Below are positions 17,532-26,264 of a stretch of DNA of 64,000 bases, piece by piece. The stretch's first letter is position 1. Each line of letters opens with the position of its first letter. Source of the stretch: an uncultured Weeksellaceae bacterium (lineage in GTDB: Bacteria; Bacteroidota; Bacteroidia; Flavobacteriales_D; CAZDUI01). The notes under the pieces were generated by a model. That model saw only the letters and a list, made by a program, of their open reading frames with translations, was not told the origin of the DNA and made no database searches. The DNA lies in NCBI GenBank assembly GCA_964508605.1, contig CAZDUI010000005.1, positions 49,254 to 113,253 on the forward strand, written 5' to 3'. The position numbers and the translations under genes are program-made.

Positions 17532-18380
17532 ATGGCAATTATTACGCTTCTAAGTGATATGGGGTTAAAAGACTACTACGTTGGCGCTGTTAAAGGTAGT
17601 ATTTACAGACATTTCCCCGAAGTAACCATTGTAGATATTTCTCACAATGTTACACCTTTTAATATTGCCGAAGCTGCATTTCTTCTGCGTCAGGTATATG
17701 CCGATTTCCCTGAAGATACCGTACATATTATAGCCGTAGCCCCTGAAGAAATTATATATCCACGGCAACCCGATTCAGACATACTTCATGTCGCAATTCG
17801 TTTTAATAATCAATACTTTATTGGAGCAGATAATGGGGTTTTCGGGATGATTTTCGACCGTGAGCCTGAGGAAATAGTGCAGATTACCCTACCTCACGAA
17901 ACCGACGACCTAACCTTTCCTGTAAAGACTCGTTTTGCCCCGGTGGCGGCCCATCTTGCGCGTGGAGGAACATTAAGCGTAATAGGCAAAGCACAAAGTT
18001 CTTACCGCAGCATGCCCGCGATACAACCCATGCATTCCGGCAATACGTTGCGGGGGATTGTTACCCATATTGATGCTTATGGCAATGTTTTCACCAATAT
18101 ACGCAAAACATTGTTTAAAGAATCGCAACGAAACAGAACCTTTACCTTATATGCAGGAAGGGACAACGACCATGAGATTGAAACCATTAGCACAACATAC
18201 AACGATGTAGCCCCGGGAGATGCCCTGGCATTGTTCACAACCGGGGAATACCTTCAGATAGCAATCAATAAAGGTGCAGAAGGCGCCGGCGGAGGTGCTG
18301 CAAAACTTATGGGACTTCATATCAACGATGTTATAACAATAGTTTTTGAAGATACCCCATCCAACATCAGTGATTTATGA
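17532..18380 (+). CDS. DUF62 / SAM hydroxide adenosyltransferase (chlorinase/fluorinase) family protein
   Basis: IITLLSDMG…YVGAVKG, VDISHNV, FIGADNG and C-terminal VTHIDAYGNVFTNI…LQIAIN. Confidence 0.88.
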   Translation: MAIITLLSDMGLKDYYVGAVKGSIYRHFPEVTIVDISHNVTPFNIAEAAFLLRQVYADFPEDTVHIIAVAPEEIIYPRQPDSDILHVAIRFNNQYFIGADNGVFGMIFDREPEEIVQITLPHETDDLTFPVKTRFAPVAAHLARGGTLSVIGKAQSSYRSMPAIQPMHSGNTLRGIVTHIDAYGNVFTNIRKTLFKESQRNRTFTLYAGRDNDHEIETISTTYNDVAPGDALALFTTGEYLQIAINKGAEGAGGGAAKLMGLHINDVITIVFEDTPSNISDL

Positions 18381-18682
18381 TCATCAGAATTGTAAAAATG
18401 ACCTTTCAATCCGGGAAAACTAATGATTTTCTTGCCATTTTTAATCAACGCAAGGAACGAATTGCAGCATTTACCGGTTGTAGTTATGTTTCCCTGCAAC
18501 AAAACATTGAAAACCCTGCTGTATTTTTCACTATTAGCAGATGGAACAGCGAGAAGGACCTGGAGAACTACAGAAATTCTGAGCTATTTAAAGAGACCTG
18601 GAAACTAACCAAAGCACTTTTTGAAATGCCTGCCGAAGCATGGAGTGTGCAACCAGAATTTCAAAGTTGTGTTTTATTTTAA
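18377..18682 (+). CDS. Antibiotic-biosynthesis-monooxygenase (ABM) family protein
   Basis: IIRIVKMTF…FFTISRWNSEKDLENYRNSELF…W pattern. ATGA overlap with the upstream gene. Confidence 0.85.
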   Translation: MIIRIVKMTFQSGKTNDFLAIFNQRKERIAAFTGCSYVSLQQNIENPAVFFTISRWNSEKDLENYRNSELFKETWKLTKALFEMPAEAWSVQPEFQSCVLF

Positions 18683-18736
18683 AAAATGATTATCTTAGCA
18701 GCAAATTAGTGCGAACCATTAAACCAAATCTGCAGT

Positions 18737-19135
18737 ATGGAAACCTTGAAAATGGAAGGTAGTTTTAAATCTCCGTCGTTGCTTTTCGATGCAAATACTG
18801 GAGTTTTTGAAATCAAAGGCAGGTCTTTACCGGAAAATGCTGTGGACGTATACGAGCCCGTCTTTAAATGGCTTGATGAGTACAGCAGGAACCCAAAAAG
18901 CAGCACAGTAATTAATGTGAGCCTTGAGTACTTTAATACCAGCAGCAGCAAACTTATATTTGAACTTTTTAGAAAATTTGAAGGCCTTGCCGCTTCAGGC
19001 CATCAGGTTAAGGTAAATTGGTATTATGAACTTGACGATATTGATCTGAAAGAAGAAGGCGAAACTTTCAGTCAGTTATTAAAAGTGCCTGTTGAATTGA
19101 TTGGAGTGGATGAATTCGATTTTACTTTCCTGTAA
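18737..19135 (+). CDS. SiaC family (DUF1987) protein
   Basis: SPSLLFDANTGVFEIKGRSLPENA, LEYFNTSSSK and VNWYYELDDIDLKEEGE motifs. Confidence 0.88.
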   Translation: METLKMEGSFKSPSLLFDANTGVFEIKGRSLPENAVDVYEPVFKWLDEYSRNPKSSTVINVSLEYFNTSSSKLIFELFRKFEGLAASGHQVKVNWYYELDDIDLKEEGETFSQLLKVPVELIGVDEFDFTFL

Positions 19136-19140
19136 AAACA

Positions 19141-20358
19141 CTATTCCCATTGCTTTAAATCTAAGTTTCTTAGAGTAAACTTATATGTTGAATCTTTTCT
19201 TTCACAATTCCCTTCCATTTGTTCAGTAAGTGCTTCCATCAAATTCATACCAAAAGTACTTCTTTTCTCCAGGTGCTTCCATTCACCGGTATCCGAGTAT
19301 AACAGTATAAAATAACCATTTACCCCGGGCTTCAATTCTATTGAAATCTGCCCCTCGTTTTCAGGCTTGAAAGCATGTTTAAATGTATTAGAAATCAATT
19401 CATTAAGCAAAAGACCCAAAGGCACAATGGTGTTTAAACCCAAACCGGATATATCACTCTTAATCTTTTTTGTTATCTGGAACCCGGACTGGTAAGAATC
19501 CATAATATAATTCACCAGTTCTTCAATGTAGGTATCGGTATCCACCTGGGTAAAATTGTCTTGCTGATATAGTTTCTGATGAATGAGAGCCATACTCATT
19601 ATCCGGTTATTAGCCTCTTCAAATTTTTCAGACACCTCAGGCTCTTGCTGATTCCCCTGTAATCTTAATAAACTTGTAATAATTTGCAGGTTGTTCTTAA
19701 CCCTGTGATGTACCTCCTTTAATAAAAGAACATTCTCGCGATTTTTAGCTTGAATGATGCTGTTTTGTTTCGATAATTCGGTATAGGCTTCCTGCAATTG
19801 GCGGTTAGTATATTCCAGAAAATGTACATATTGCCGGGCCAAATAGATTAGAACCGTAAACGCAAATCCAATCTCTACCAATTCACCAATCATTTCTGTA
19901 TTTGTGCGGGGTTGCATGGTAAGAATGTGATCGTTTAACGTGAATAGAAAGAACCCCGTAACCAGAATGATGTGTAATACTGTAAAAACAAGCCCAACCG
20001 TACGTCCAATACCAATAAATGCCAAAAGAATGGTATTTATCATCCAAATGAAATCAACATAATGCGTAAGATTCAACACGGTATTCATAGCATAATGAGA
20101 AAGACCGGTTCCTGCCAGGACATAAATCCAGAACATCGGGCGGTAATTCTTCTTTATCCTAAGGTACAAGAGACAAAAAATTCCCACAACAACTACCAAT
20201 CCTGACGGCAACGCTGCTTCAAATCCCGTATACGAATACATGCCCGTTACTATTAGAAAAACTATAGTAAACAACAATGATACACGCCATGCCAATAAAT
20301 AACGTTCCTTATCGTAATAATTTGTATATGGATGGTTTGCAGGTGTAAAAAGACTCAT
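19141..20358 (-). CDS. Membrane sensor histidine kinase (HisKA_2 type)
   Basis: About five TM helices, EVHHRVKNNLQ H-box, LLLNELISNTFKHAF N-box, and YSDTGE/FGMNL G-boxes. Confidence 0.9.
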   Translation of the reverse strand: MSLFTPANHPYTNYYDKERYLLAWRVSLLFTIVFLIVTGMYSYTGFEAALPSGLVVVVGIFCLLYLRIKKNYRPMFWIYVLAGTGLSHYAMNTVLNLTHYVDFIWMINTILLAFIGIGRTVGLVFTVLHIILVTGFFLFTLNDHILTMQPRTNTEMIGELVEIGFAFTVLIYLARQYVHFLEYTNRQLQEAYTELSKQNSIIQAKNRENVLLLKEVHHRVKNNLQIITSLLRLQGNQQEPEVSEKFEEANNRIMSMALIHQKLYQQDNFTQVDTDTYIEELVNYIMDSYQSGFQITKKIKSDISGLGLNTIVPLGLLLNELISNTFKHAFKPENEGQISIELKPGVNGYFILLYSDTGEWKHLEKRSTFGMNLMEALTEQMEGNCERKDSTYKFTLRNLDLKQWE

Positions 20359-20481
20359 CTGATGCCTGATTCAGAGGCCTAAATTAGGGTATTTTCATGG
20401 GATACCAAGTTAAGTAGTACAAACCGGAAGGTCATACCAGATGAAAACGATAGTAATTCGACCGGTTTCTTATGGTTTCTA

Positions 20482-21738
20482 TCATGAAAATACCAGACCT
20501 GCCATTACATTTTCATTTTTTATTGCATTGACCCGCTTTAACGAAGTTGTGCAAACACAATGGAATTGAGAATCTTTATTTTGTCGTAACACACTTTGGT
20601 GAGTATAATTAATAAACACCACCGGCGCTTCGGGTCTCATATTATACCGCGATGACATGGTTTGTCCGTATGCCCCCACCGACCTGATGACAAGTCTAGT
20701 TCCGGGTTCTAATACAGGTAAACGGAGCGCCTGAGCGAATACGTCAGACGATTCACAAATTGGACCCACCACATCGTATAGGGCCTCTTCTGTGTTATCA
20801 TGTCTGTCCTGAAGGTGGACTTTATGTTTGCTGCCATATAATGCAGGGCGCAACAATTCGGTCATTCCGGCATCTACAATAGCAAAAATTTTCCCGCCGC
20901 GTTCCTTGGTGTAAAGAACTTCAGTTACTAAACTGCCACATTGCGCAACAACACTCCTTCCCGGTTCAACATGTATTTTCTGCCCCGGCATCAACTTAAT
21001 ATTCTCATTCAAGGCCGAAAACCAAGCATCAAAATCAGGAATCAATTCTAAATCAGGCTCGTCGTAGTTAATGCCCCATCCACCACCAAGATTCAGCATC
21101 ACGGGCACAAGTCCTCTCTTAATAAACAATTCATTAAACCGCTGCATAACAGCAGAAAGATTTCTGAATGTATTCGAACTTCTTATTTGACTGCCCGCAT
21201 GAAGATGAATGCCAGTAAACCTTAAGAATGCGGCCGTTTTAATAAAGGTAATGGCCTCATCAATTTCATCCTCCAACAACCCAAATTTATTAAACGAACG
21301 ACCGGTTGTAAGATACTCGTGAGTTTCTACTTCTGCATCAGGTGTAATTCTTAACGAAAAACGAACCGGAATTCTTAGCTCAGCGGCAATTTTACCTGCC
21401 AGAAAAAGCTCCTGTAAACTCTCTATATTTAAACACCCAATTCCCAATTCAATAGCTTCCCTGATCTCATCAGGTCTTTTGCCTGCTCCACTGAACACTA
21501 TACTGTCCACATTAAAACCGCATGTCAAGGCCGCACGCACTTCATAAATGCTAACACAATCAGCTCCCACCCCTCTTGCTGCAATGGTGGTTAAAATCAC
21601 AGGTTCACAATTGGCCTTGACAGCATAATGGGGAATTACACCATAATTAACGGCAGCCCGTTGCAAAGCATCCAGCGTTTCGTTCAAAATCTGAAAATCA
21701 TACAAATAATACGGCGTTTTTGTAGTATTTACATCCAT
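20482..21738 (-). CDS. lysA: Diaminopimelate decarboxylase
   Basis: TPYYLYD, YAVKAN (PLP Lys), HAGSQI, EPGRSVV, VGPICESSD and GAYG…SRYN. Start placed at MDVNTT (21738). Confidence 0.93.
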   Translation of the reverse strand: MDVNTTKTPYYLYDFQILNETLDALQRAAVNYGVIPHYAVKANCEPVILTTIAARGVGADCVSIYEVRAALTCGFNVDSIVFSGAGKRPDEIREAIELGIGCLNIESLQELFLAGKIAAELRIPVRFSLRITPDAEVETHEYLTTGRSFNKFGLLEDEIDEAITFIKTAAFLRFTGIHLHAGSQIRSSNTFRNLSAVMQRFNELFIKRGLVPVMLNLGGGWGINYDEPDLELIPDFDAWFSALNENIKLMPGQKIHVEPGRSVVAQCGSLVTEVLYTKERGGKIFAIVDAGMTELLRPALYGSKHKVHLQDRHDNTEEALYDVVGPICESSDVFAQALRLPVLEPGTRLVIRSVGAYGQTMSSRYNMRPEAPVVFINYTHQSVLRQNKDSQFHCVCTTSLKRVNAIKNENVMAGLVFS

Positions 21739-21755
21739 TTTTATTAAATTTGCTG

Positions 21756-21763
21756 CAAAAATA
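21756..21763 (-). promoter_or_regulatory. -7 promoter element for lysA (TATTTTTG on minus strand)
   Basis: Exact TAnnTTTG match 17 nt upstream of the proposed lysA start. Confidence 0.6.
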
Positions 21764-21799
21764 TACCGAACCAACCATATTTGATATATTTTAAAAGAA

Positions 21800-21832
21800 T
21801 TTGTTCAAAATAAAATATATTTGTTATATTTG
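21800..21832 (+). promoter_or_regulatory. Bacteroidota promoter TTTG-N21-TATATTTG
   Basis: -33 TTTG at 21800-21803 and -7 TATATTTG at 21825-21832, upstream of the ATG at 21853. Confidence 0.65.
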
Positions 21833-21852
21833 CAACAACTAACGCATTTAAT

Positions 21853-22506
21853 ATGGAATTAAGAGAAATAGTAAGACAAGCCATCCAAAACCGCCCCTTT
21901 CTGCAAGAATTGATTGATGACGGATTGGTGAATTTAACCGCCCTTGCAAGGGAAATTACGCCTGAAATAATAGCCAGAACCGGCAAAGAGCCATCGCAGG
22001 GAAGCGTTGTAATGGCAATACGAAGAATGGAGCCGTCGTATTATTTTAAATTTAATCACAGTCTGAAGCAGTTCATCAGCAGCCTGGGTGACGTAATAGT
22101 ACGCACTGGTTTATGTAGTTATACATACCGAAATACACCATCGTTGTATTTATGCCAGCAACAATTACTGCGGCTGGCTTCTGAACGCCGGGATGTGTTT
22201 TGTTCATTTAGTCAGGGCATTCACGAAACTACACTCATTATTAGTGCAAGTATGCAGGGAGATATGAGTCGTCATTTTGAACACGAAACACTATTGAATT
22301 CAAATCCTGACCTGGCTTCAGTTACAGTTAAATTACCTAAGGAAAACACTGAGATTAGCGGTTTGTACTATTACATATTGAAAAAACTGGCGTGGGAAGG
22401 GATAAATATCTCAGAAATGATTTCAACCACCAACGAATTTACCATTGTAGTTTCGCAGCAGGATCTGGAACGAACTTTTTCAGTAATGCACCGTTTACGG
22501 GCGTAA
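21853..22506 (+). CDS. ACT-domain protein with helical N-terminus (often mislabelled aspartate kinase); candidate regulator
   Basis: C-terminal ACT-like ASVTVKLPKENTEISGLYYYILKKLAWEGINISEMISTTNEFTIVV and no kinase domain. N-terminal helical LVNLTALAREI…SVVMAIRR. Confidence 0.75.
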   Translation: MELREIVRQAIQNRPFLQELIDDGLVNLTALAREITPEIIARTGKEPSQGSVVMAIRRMEPSYYFKFNHSLKQFISSLGDVIVRTGLCSYTYRNTPSLYLCQQQLLRLASERRDVFCSFSQGIHETTLIISASMQGDMSRHFEHETLLNSNPDLASVTVKLPKENTEISGLYYYILKKLAWEGINISEMISTTNEFTIVVSQQDLERTFSVMHRLRA

Positions 22507-22584
22507 TTATACCCTTCAGAATATAATCAGCACATGGCCGTTGATAACGGTTGTGCAAAAGATGATGCATCAAACCAAATAATG

Positions 22585-22592
22585 TATTTTTG
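22585..22592 (+). promoter_or_regulatory. -7 promoter element for gldF (TATTTTTG)
   Basis: Exact TAnnTTTG match only 4 nt before the ATG at 22597. Confidence 0.6.
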
Positions 22593-22596
22593 CGAT

Positions 22597-23328
22597 ATGC
22601 AAGCGCTCCTTTTTAAAGAAATCCGTAGTTTTCTAAATTCACTGATTGGATTTATTGTCATTGGAGTATTTTTGATACTTAACGGCTTGTTTTTGTTCGT
22701 TTTTGAGGGTGTTTTCAATATTTTTGAAAGTGGTGAAGCCACTCTATATAATCTTTTCTATCTTGCTCCGTATGTGTTTTTGTTTCTAATACCCAGCATT
22801 ACCATGCGGTCATTTGCTGAAGAAAAACGACTAGGCACGCTTGAATTGCTTCTTACAAAACCCATTACCGATACCGGCATCATTGCCGCTAAGTTTCTTG
22901 CCGGCTTCATTCTTGTTATTTTCAGTATTTTACCTACACTCATCTACTACATTTGTATTGACAGCCTTACCGAAGCGGGCAGCACAGTCGACACCGGAGA
23001 AATGTGGGGTTCGTACATAGGATTGTTATTTCTGGGTGGTGCTTATGTAGCCATAGGCACATTTGCCTCATCTCTAAGCAATAATCAAGTGGTTTCATTT
23101 GTTCTTGCACTTAGCTTATCATGGTTTGTTTATATGGGATTTGAATTTCTTGGAGCTCTGCCCTTCTTTGCTTCCATAGACTATATCATTTACGGTTTGG
23201 GTATATACGACCACTATACAAGTATTAGTTATGGGGTCGTTGATTCAAGAGACATGATCTATTTCATAAGCGTCATTGTATTCTTTCTTTTGCTTACCAA
23301 AATAATACTTGCCAAAAGAAAATGGTAA
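22597..23328 (+). CDS. gldF: Gliding motility-associated ABC transporter permease GldF
   Basis: LLFKEIRSFLNSLIGFIVI, FLIPSITMRSFAEEKRLGTLELLLTKP and GVVDSRDMIYF. Start moved to the ATG at 22597. Confidence 0.92.
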   Translation: MQALLFKEIRSFLNSLIGFIVIGVFLILNGLFLFVFEGVFNIFESGEATLYNLFYLAPYVFLFLIPSITMRSFAEEKRLGTLELLLTKPITDTGIIAAKFLAGFILVIFSILPTLIYYICIDSLTEAGSTVDTGEMWGSYIGLLFLGGAYVAIGTFASSLSNNQVVSFVLALSLSWFVYMGFEFLGALPFFASIDYIIYGLGIYDHYTSISYGVVDSRDMIYFISVIVFFLLLTKIILAKRKW

Positions 23329-23329
23329 T

Positions 23330-25105
23330 ATGAAGCTTACAACAAAACATACTTCTATTCTGCAGATTACATTCAGTCTGGCGTTATTGTTTACAATAAA
23401 CTTTCTGGCAGACTCCTTTTTCCTGCGATGGGACCTTACTGAAGACGGAAGATACAGTTTAAAAGATGCTACCATTCAACTTCTTGAGGACGACGAGCGC
23501 TATGCTGAAACCATGCGCGTTGAAGTGTATCTTGACGGAGATTTACCGGCCGAATGGCGCAAATTAAGACGTGAAGTTGAAATTAAACTAGAAGAATACA
23601 GAGCCTATGCCGGCAGAAAATTCGAATACGAATTTATCGACCCTTTTGCCAATCCCGACGAAGAATTGCAAAAGGCCACTCTAATAGAATTGCGGGATGC
23701 AGGTCTTCCGCCTATGAGTATCCCGGTTCCGGGAGAAGGAGAAATGGGCATTAAAACGATTGTGCCCGGCGCATTGATTAGATACCCCGGTATGGACCCC
23801 GTTGCAGTGACATTCTTCCCTCCGGGACAAATCATTGTTAATGCCTCCAGAGAGTATATCCGTAATAAGATTCAAAAATCGATAACCGATTTGGAATACA
23901 ACCTCACTTCGGGAATTCGCAGGGCTACACAATCACGAAGACCGGTACTGGCATTTATTACCGGACATAACGAGCTTAATGAAAATGAATTATCGGATAT
24001 TAAACCCGCACTTGAACAATATTACGACATTGAGTTCAGGTCTCTGTTCACTGAAGATACCGGTTCAGTACGCCGGGAGAAACTGGATGCCCTGAAAGGT
24101 ATAGATATGGCCATTATTGCGCGTCCAATGAAGCCATTTACCGAGAAAGAAAAATTTGTTATTGACCAATTTATTATGAACGGCGGAAAGGCCATTTGGA
24201 TGATTGACGGCATTAACCCATACCGCGACAGTTTAGAGGCATACGGAAGAACCCTGGGACTGGCATTGGACGTAAACCTGACCGATCAGATTTTTCAATA
24301 CGGCCTCCGTATTAACAACAATTGTATTCTTGATGAATACGTTGCCCCCATTGGAATACCAATGCAGGACGGAAGATTGATGATTTTTCCGTGGTATTTC
24401 TATCCAATGACGGGAAACAGGGCGATACATCCCATAACTAATAATCTGGATCCGGTAAAAACCGAATATGTTTCAAGTATTGATACATTGGCAGCCAAGC
24501 CATTGCTAAAAAAAACTATCTTACTGGAATCCAGCTCCCGCAGTATTATCAACAATCCTCCGGTAAGGATTTTTTATGACTGGGTTCTTACCGATGCGAA
24601 ACCCAACTTCTCAGGTAACAATCTTCGACCCAATCAGCCGGTTGCCGTTTTACTTGAAGGTAGTTTTGAATCGCTGTACAAAAACCGATTACCACCGCGA
24701 TTCCTGAATTCAACCGATATCCGGTTTATTGAATCCACTGATGATAATAAAATGCTGGTAATAAGCGACGGAGACCTTATCCGTAACGATCTGGATACCA
24801 TTTCAAATCCGGGGAGATACCGTGCGGTACCTATTGACATGAGTTATTACACCCTTTTTAACGAACAACTTAACGGTTTGAGATTTGGAAATAAAGTGTT
24901 TTTTCTAAATGCTGTCGATTATTTATTGGGAGATGCAAGTTTACTAGCTTCGCGTACACGAATAAGTGTAAGGATGCTGGATATGGATAAAGTATCAAAA
25001 GAGAAAGTTAACTGGCAGTTGCTAGCCATAGCCCTCCCCTTACTTGCCCTTTTTGTAGCCGGGATTCTGCAAAGCATTATCAGAAAACGCAGATATGTAA
25101 AATAA
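23330..25105 (+). CDS. gldG: Gliding motility-associated ABC transporter substrate-binding protein GldG
   Basis: RWDLTEDGRYSL, LEYNLTSGIRR, AFITGHNEL, IDQFIMNGGK and C-terminal GNKVFFLNAVDYL plus TM. Directly follows gldF. Confidence 0.92.
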   Translation: MKLTTKHTSILQITFSLALLFTINFLADSFFLRWDLTEDGRYSLKDATIQLLEDDERYAETMRVEVYLDGDLPAEWRKLRREVEIKLEEYRAYAGRKFEYEFIDPFANPDEELQKATLIELRDAGLPPMSIPVPGEGEMGIKTIVPGALIRYPGMDPVAVTFFPPGQIIVNASREYIRNKIQKSITDLEYNLTSGIRRATQSRRPVLAFITGHNELNENELSDIKPALEQYYDIEFRSLFTEDTGSVRREKLDALKGIDMAIIARPMKPFTEKEKFVIDQFIMNGGKAIWMIDGINPYRDSLEAYGRTLGLALDVNLTDQIFQYGLRINNNCILDEYVAPIGIPMQDGRLMIFPWYFYPMTGNRAIHPITNNLDPVKTEYVSSIDTLAAKPLLKKTILLESSSRSIINNPPVRIFYDWVLTDAKPNFSGNNLRPNQPVAVLLEGSFESLYKNRLPPRFLNSTDIRFIESTDDNKMLVISDGDLIRNDLDTISNPGRYRAVPIDMSYYTLFNEQLNGLRFGNKVFFLNAVDYLLGDASLLASRTRISVRMLDMDKVSKEKVNWQLLAIALPLLALFVAGILQSIIRKRRYVK

Positions 25106-25119
25106 GCAGATATCAAGAC

Positions 25120-26208
25120 ATGAATAAAAGAGTCATCTTCACAGCAATTCTGGGCATTAGTGTGGTTGCACTATTATCCCTATGGTTTATACAACCCGGT
25201 GACCCGGAAAAGGTAGTAAGCGATGAAGTTTTTACTGAATTTCATTTTGAAGACACTGCCGCCGTTGACAGAATTGAAATTACCGAAACTATATTAGGAT
25301 TACAGGTAACGGTTGAAAGGGGTGACAAATACTGGTTGGCAGACGGTAAACACAGGGTACGCAAAGATCTTATTGATTTAATTTTGAATACTTTTAAAAC
25401 CATCCGGTTTAAAAATTATGTACCCAAGGCAAGCGTACCTACATATCTTAAAGAACTGAGTTCCTCAAACAAAGAGGTAAAAATATATATGAACGGTGAA
25501 CACAAATACACATGGTACATTGGCAACCCCAATAAGACGCATGATGGCACCGTAATGCTTCTTGAAAAATTTGAGAACGGTAAATGGTATAAAAGCAAAG
25601 AACCCGTAGAAATGGGTGCGCTGCGCTTCAGGGGAGAATTACGAACACGCTTTAGCGCTGACATTAATGAATGGCGGTATACTGGAATCTTTAACTATCA
25701 TCCTTCTCAAATTCAGTCGGTTAAAGTTACCTATTCAGATACTGAAAGGAATAAGGACGGGTTTGAAATAAAAATTAACGAGAAGCAACAATTTGAACTA
25801 CTAAATTACCAGGGACAGCACGTATCAGGCTTCGATACCTCTGCACTACGCCGATATGTAGTTCATTATAAAAAAGTTCACTTTGAAACTTTTAACCGGA
25901 TATACGACGATACAAGAAAAGACAGTTTGAAAAATACTCCTCCCCTGTTTACCATTGAAGTAAAAACTACCAATGAAAAGAAGCGTATAGATGCATACCG
26001 TATTAAAAGCGATAAAAATGCAAAAGATATAACCGGGGATAAAATTGTGTACGACCTTGACCGTATGCATGCATTTATTGGAAACGATATGGTTGTAATA
26101 CAATATTTTGTATTTGATCCTCTCACTAAAAAAATCTCAGATTTTATACCGGGAAGGATGGGTGTTGAAAACAATTCCTCTGCTGTTAACAATACGGCAG
26201 CGAATTAA
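25120..26208 (+). CDS. DUF4340-like membrane-anchored protein
   Basis: N-terminal TM, FEDTAAVDRIEI…WLAD and a two-repeat architecture. Sits between gldG and dnaN. Confidence 0.65.
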   Translation: MNKRVIFTAILGISVVALLSLWFIQPGDPEKVVSDEVFTEFHFEDTAAVDRIEITETILGLQVTVERGDKYWLADGKHRVRKDLIDLILNTFKTIRFKNYVPKASVPTYLKELSSSNKEVKIYMNGEHKYTWYIGNPNKTHDGTVMLLEKFENGKWYKSKEPVEMGALRFRGELRTRFSADINEWRYTGIFNYHPSQIQSVKVTYSDTERNKDGFEIKINEKQQFELLNYQGQHVSGFDTSALRRYVVHYKKVHFETFNRIYDDTRKDSLKNTPPLFTIEVKTTNEKKRIDAYRIKSDKNAKDITGDKIVYDLDRMHAFIGNDMVVIQYFVFDPLTKKISDFIPGRMGVENNSSAVNNTAAN

Positions 26209-26231
26209 ACCGGCAATCCGGAATATGCTTT

Positions 26232-26239
26232 TATTTTTG
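26232..26239 (+). promoter_or_regulatory. -7 promoter element for dnaN (TATTTTTG)
   Basis: Exact TAnnTTTG match 25 nt upstream of the ATG at 26265. Confidence 0.6.
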
Positions 26240-26264
26240 CCGATTCTGATAAAATATATAGACT

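Noticed and set aside
20482-20620. LysA C-terminal extension of about 35-40 aa beyond the usual end
   Set aside because: Most simply a lost stop codon with neutral read-through; the catalytic motifs are intact and no domain is recognisable in the tail.
21853-22506. Calling this gene aspartate kinase (lysC)
   Set aside because: It is too short and has no amino-acid-kinase domain (no KFGG motif); only the ACT-like part is similar.
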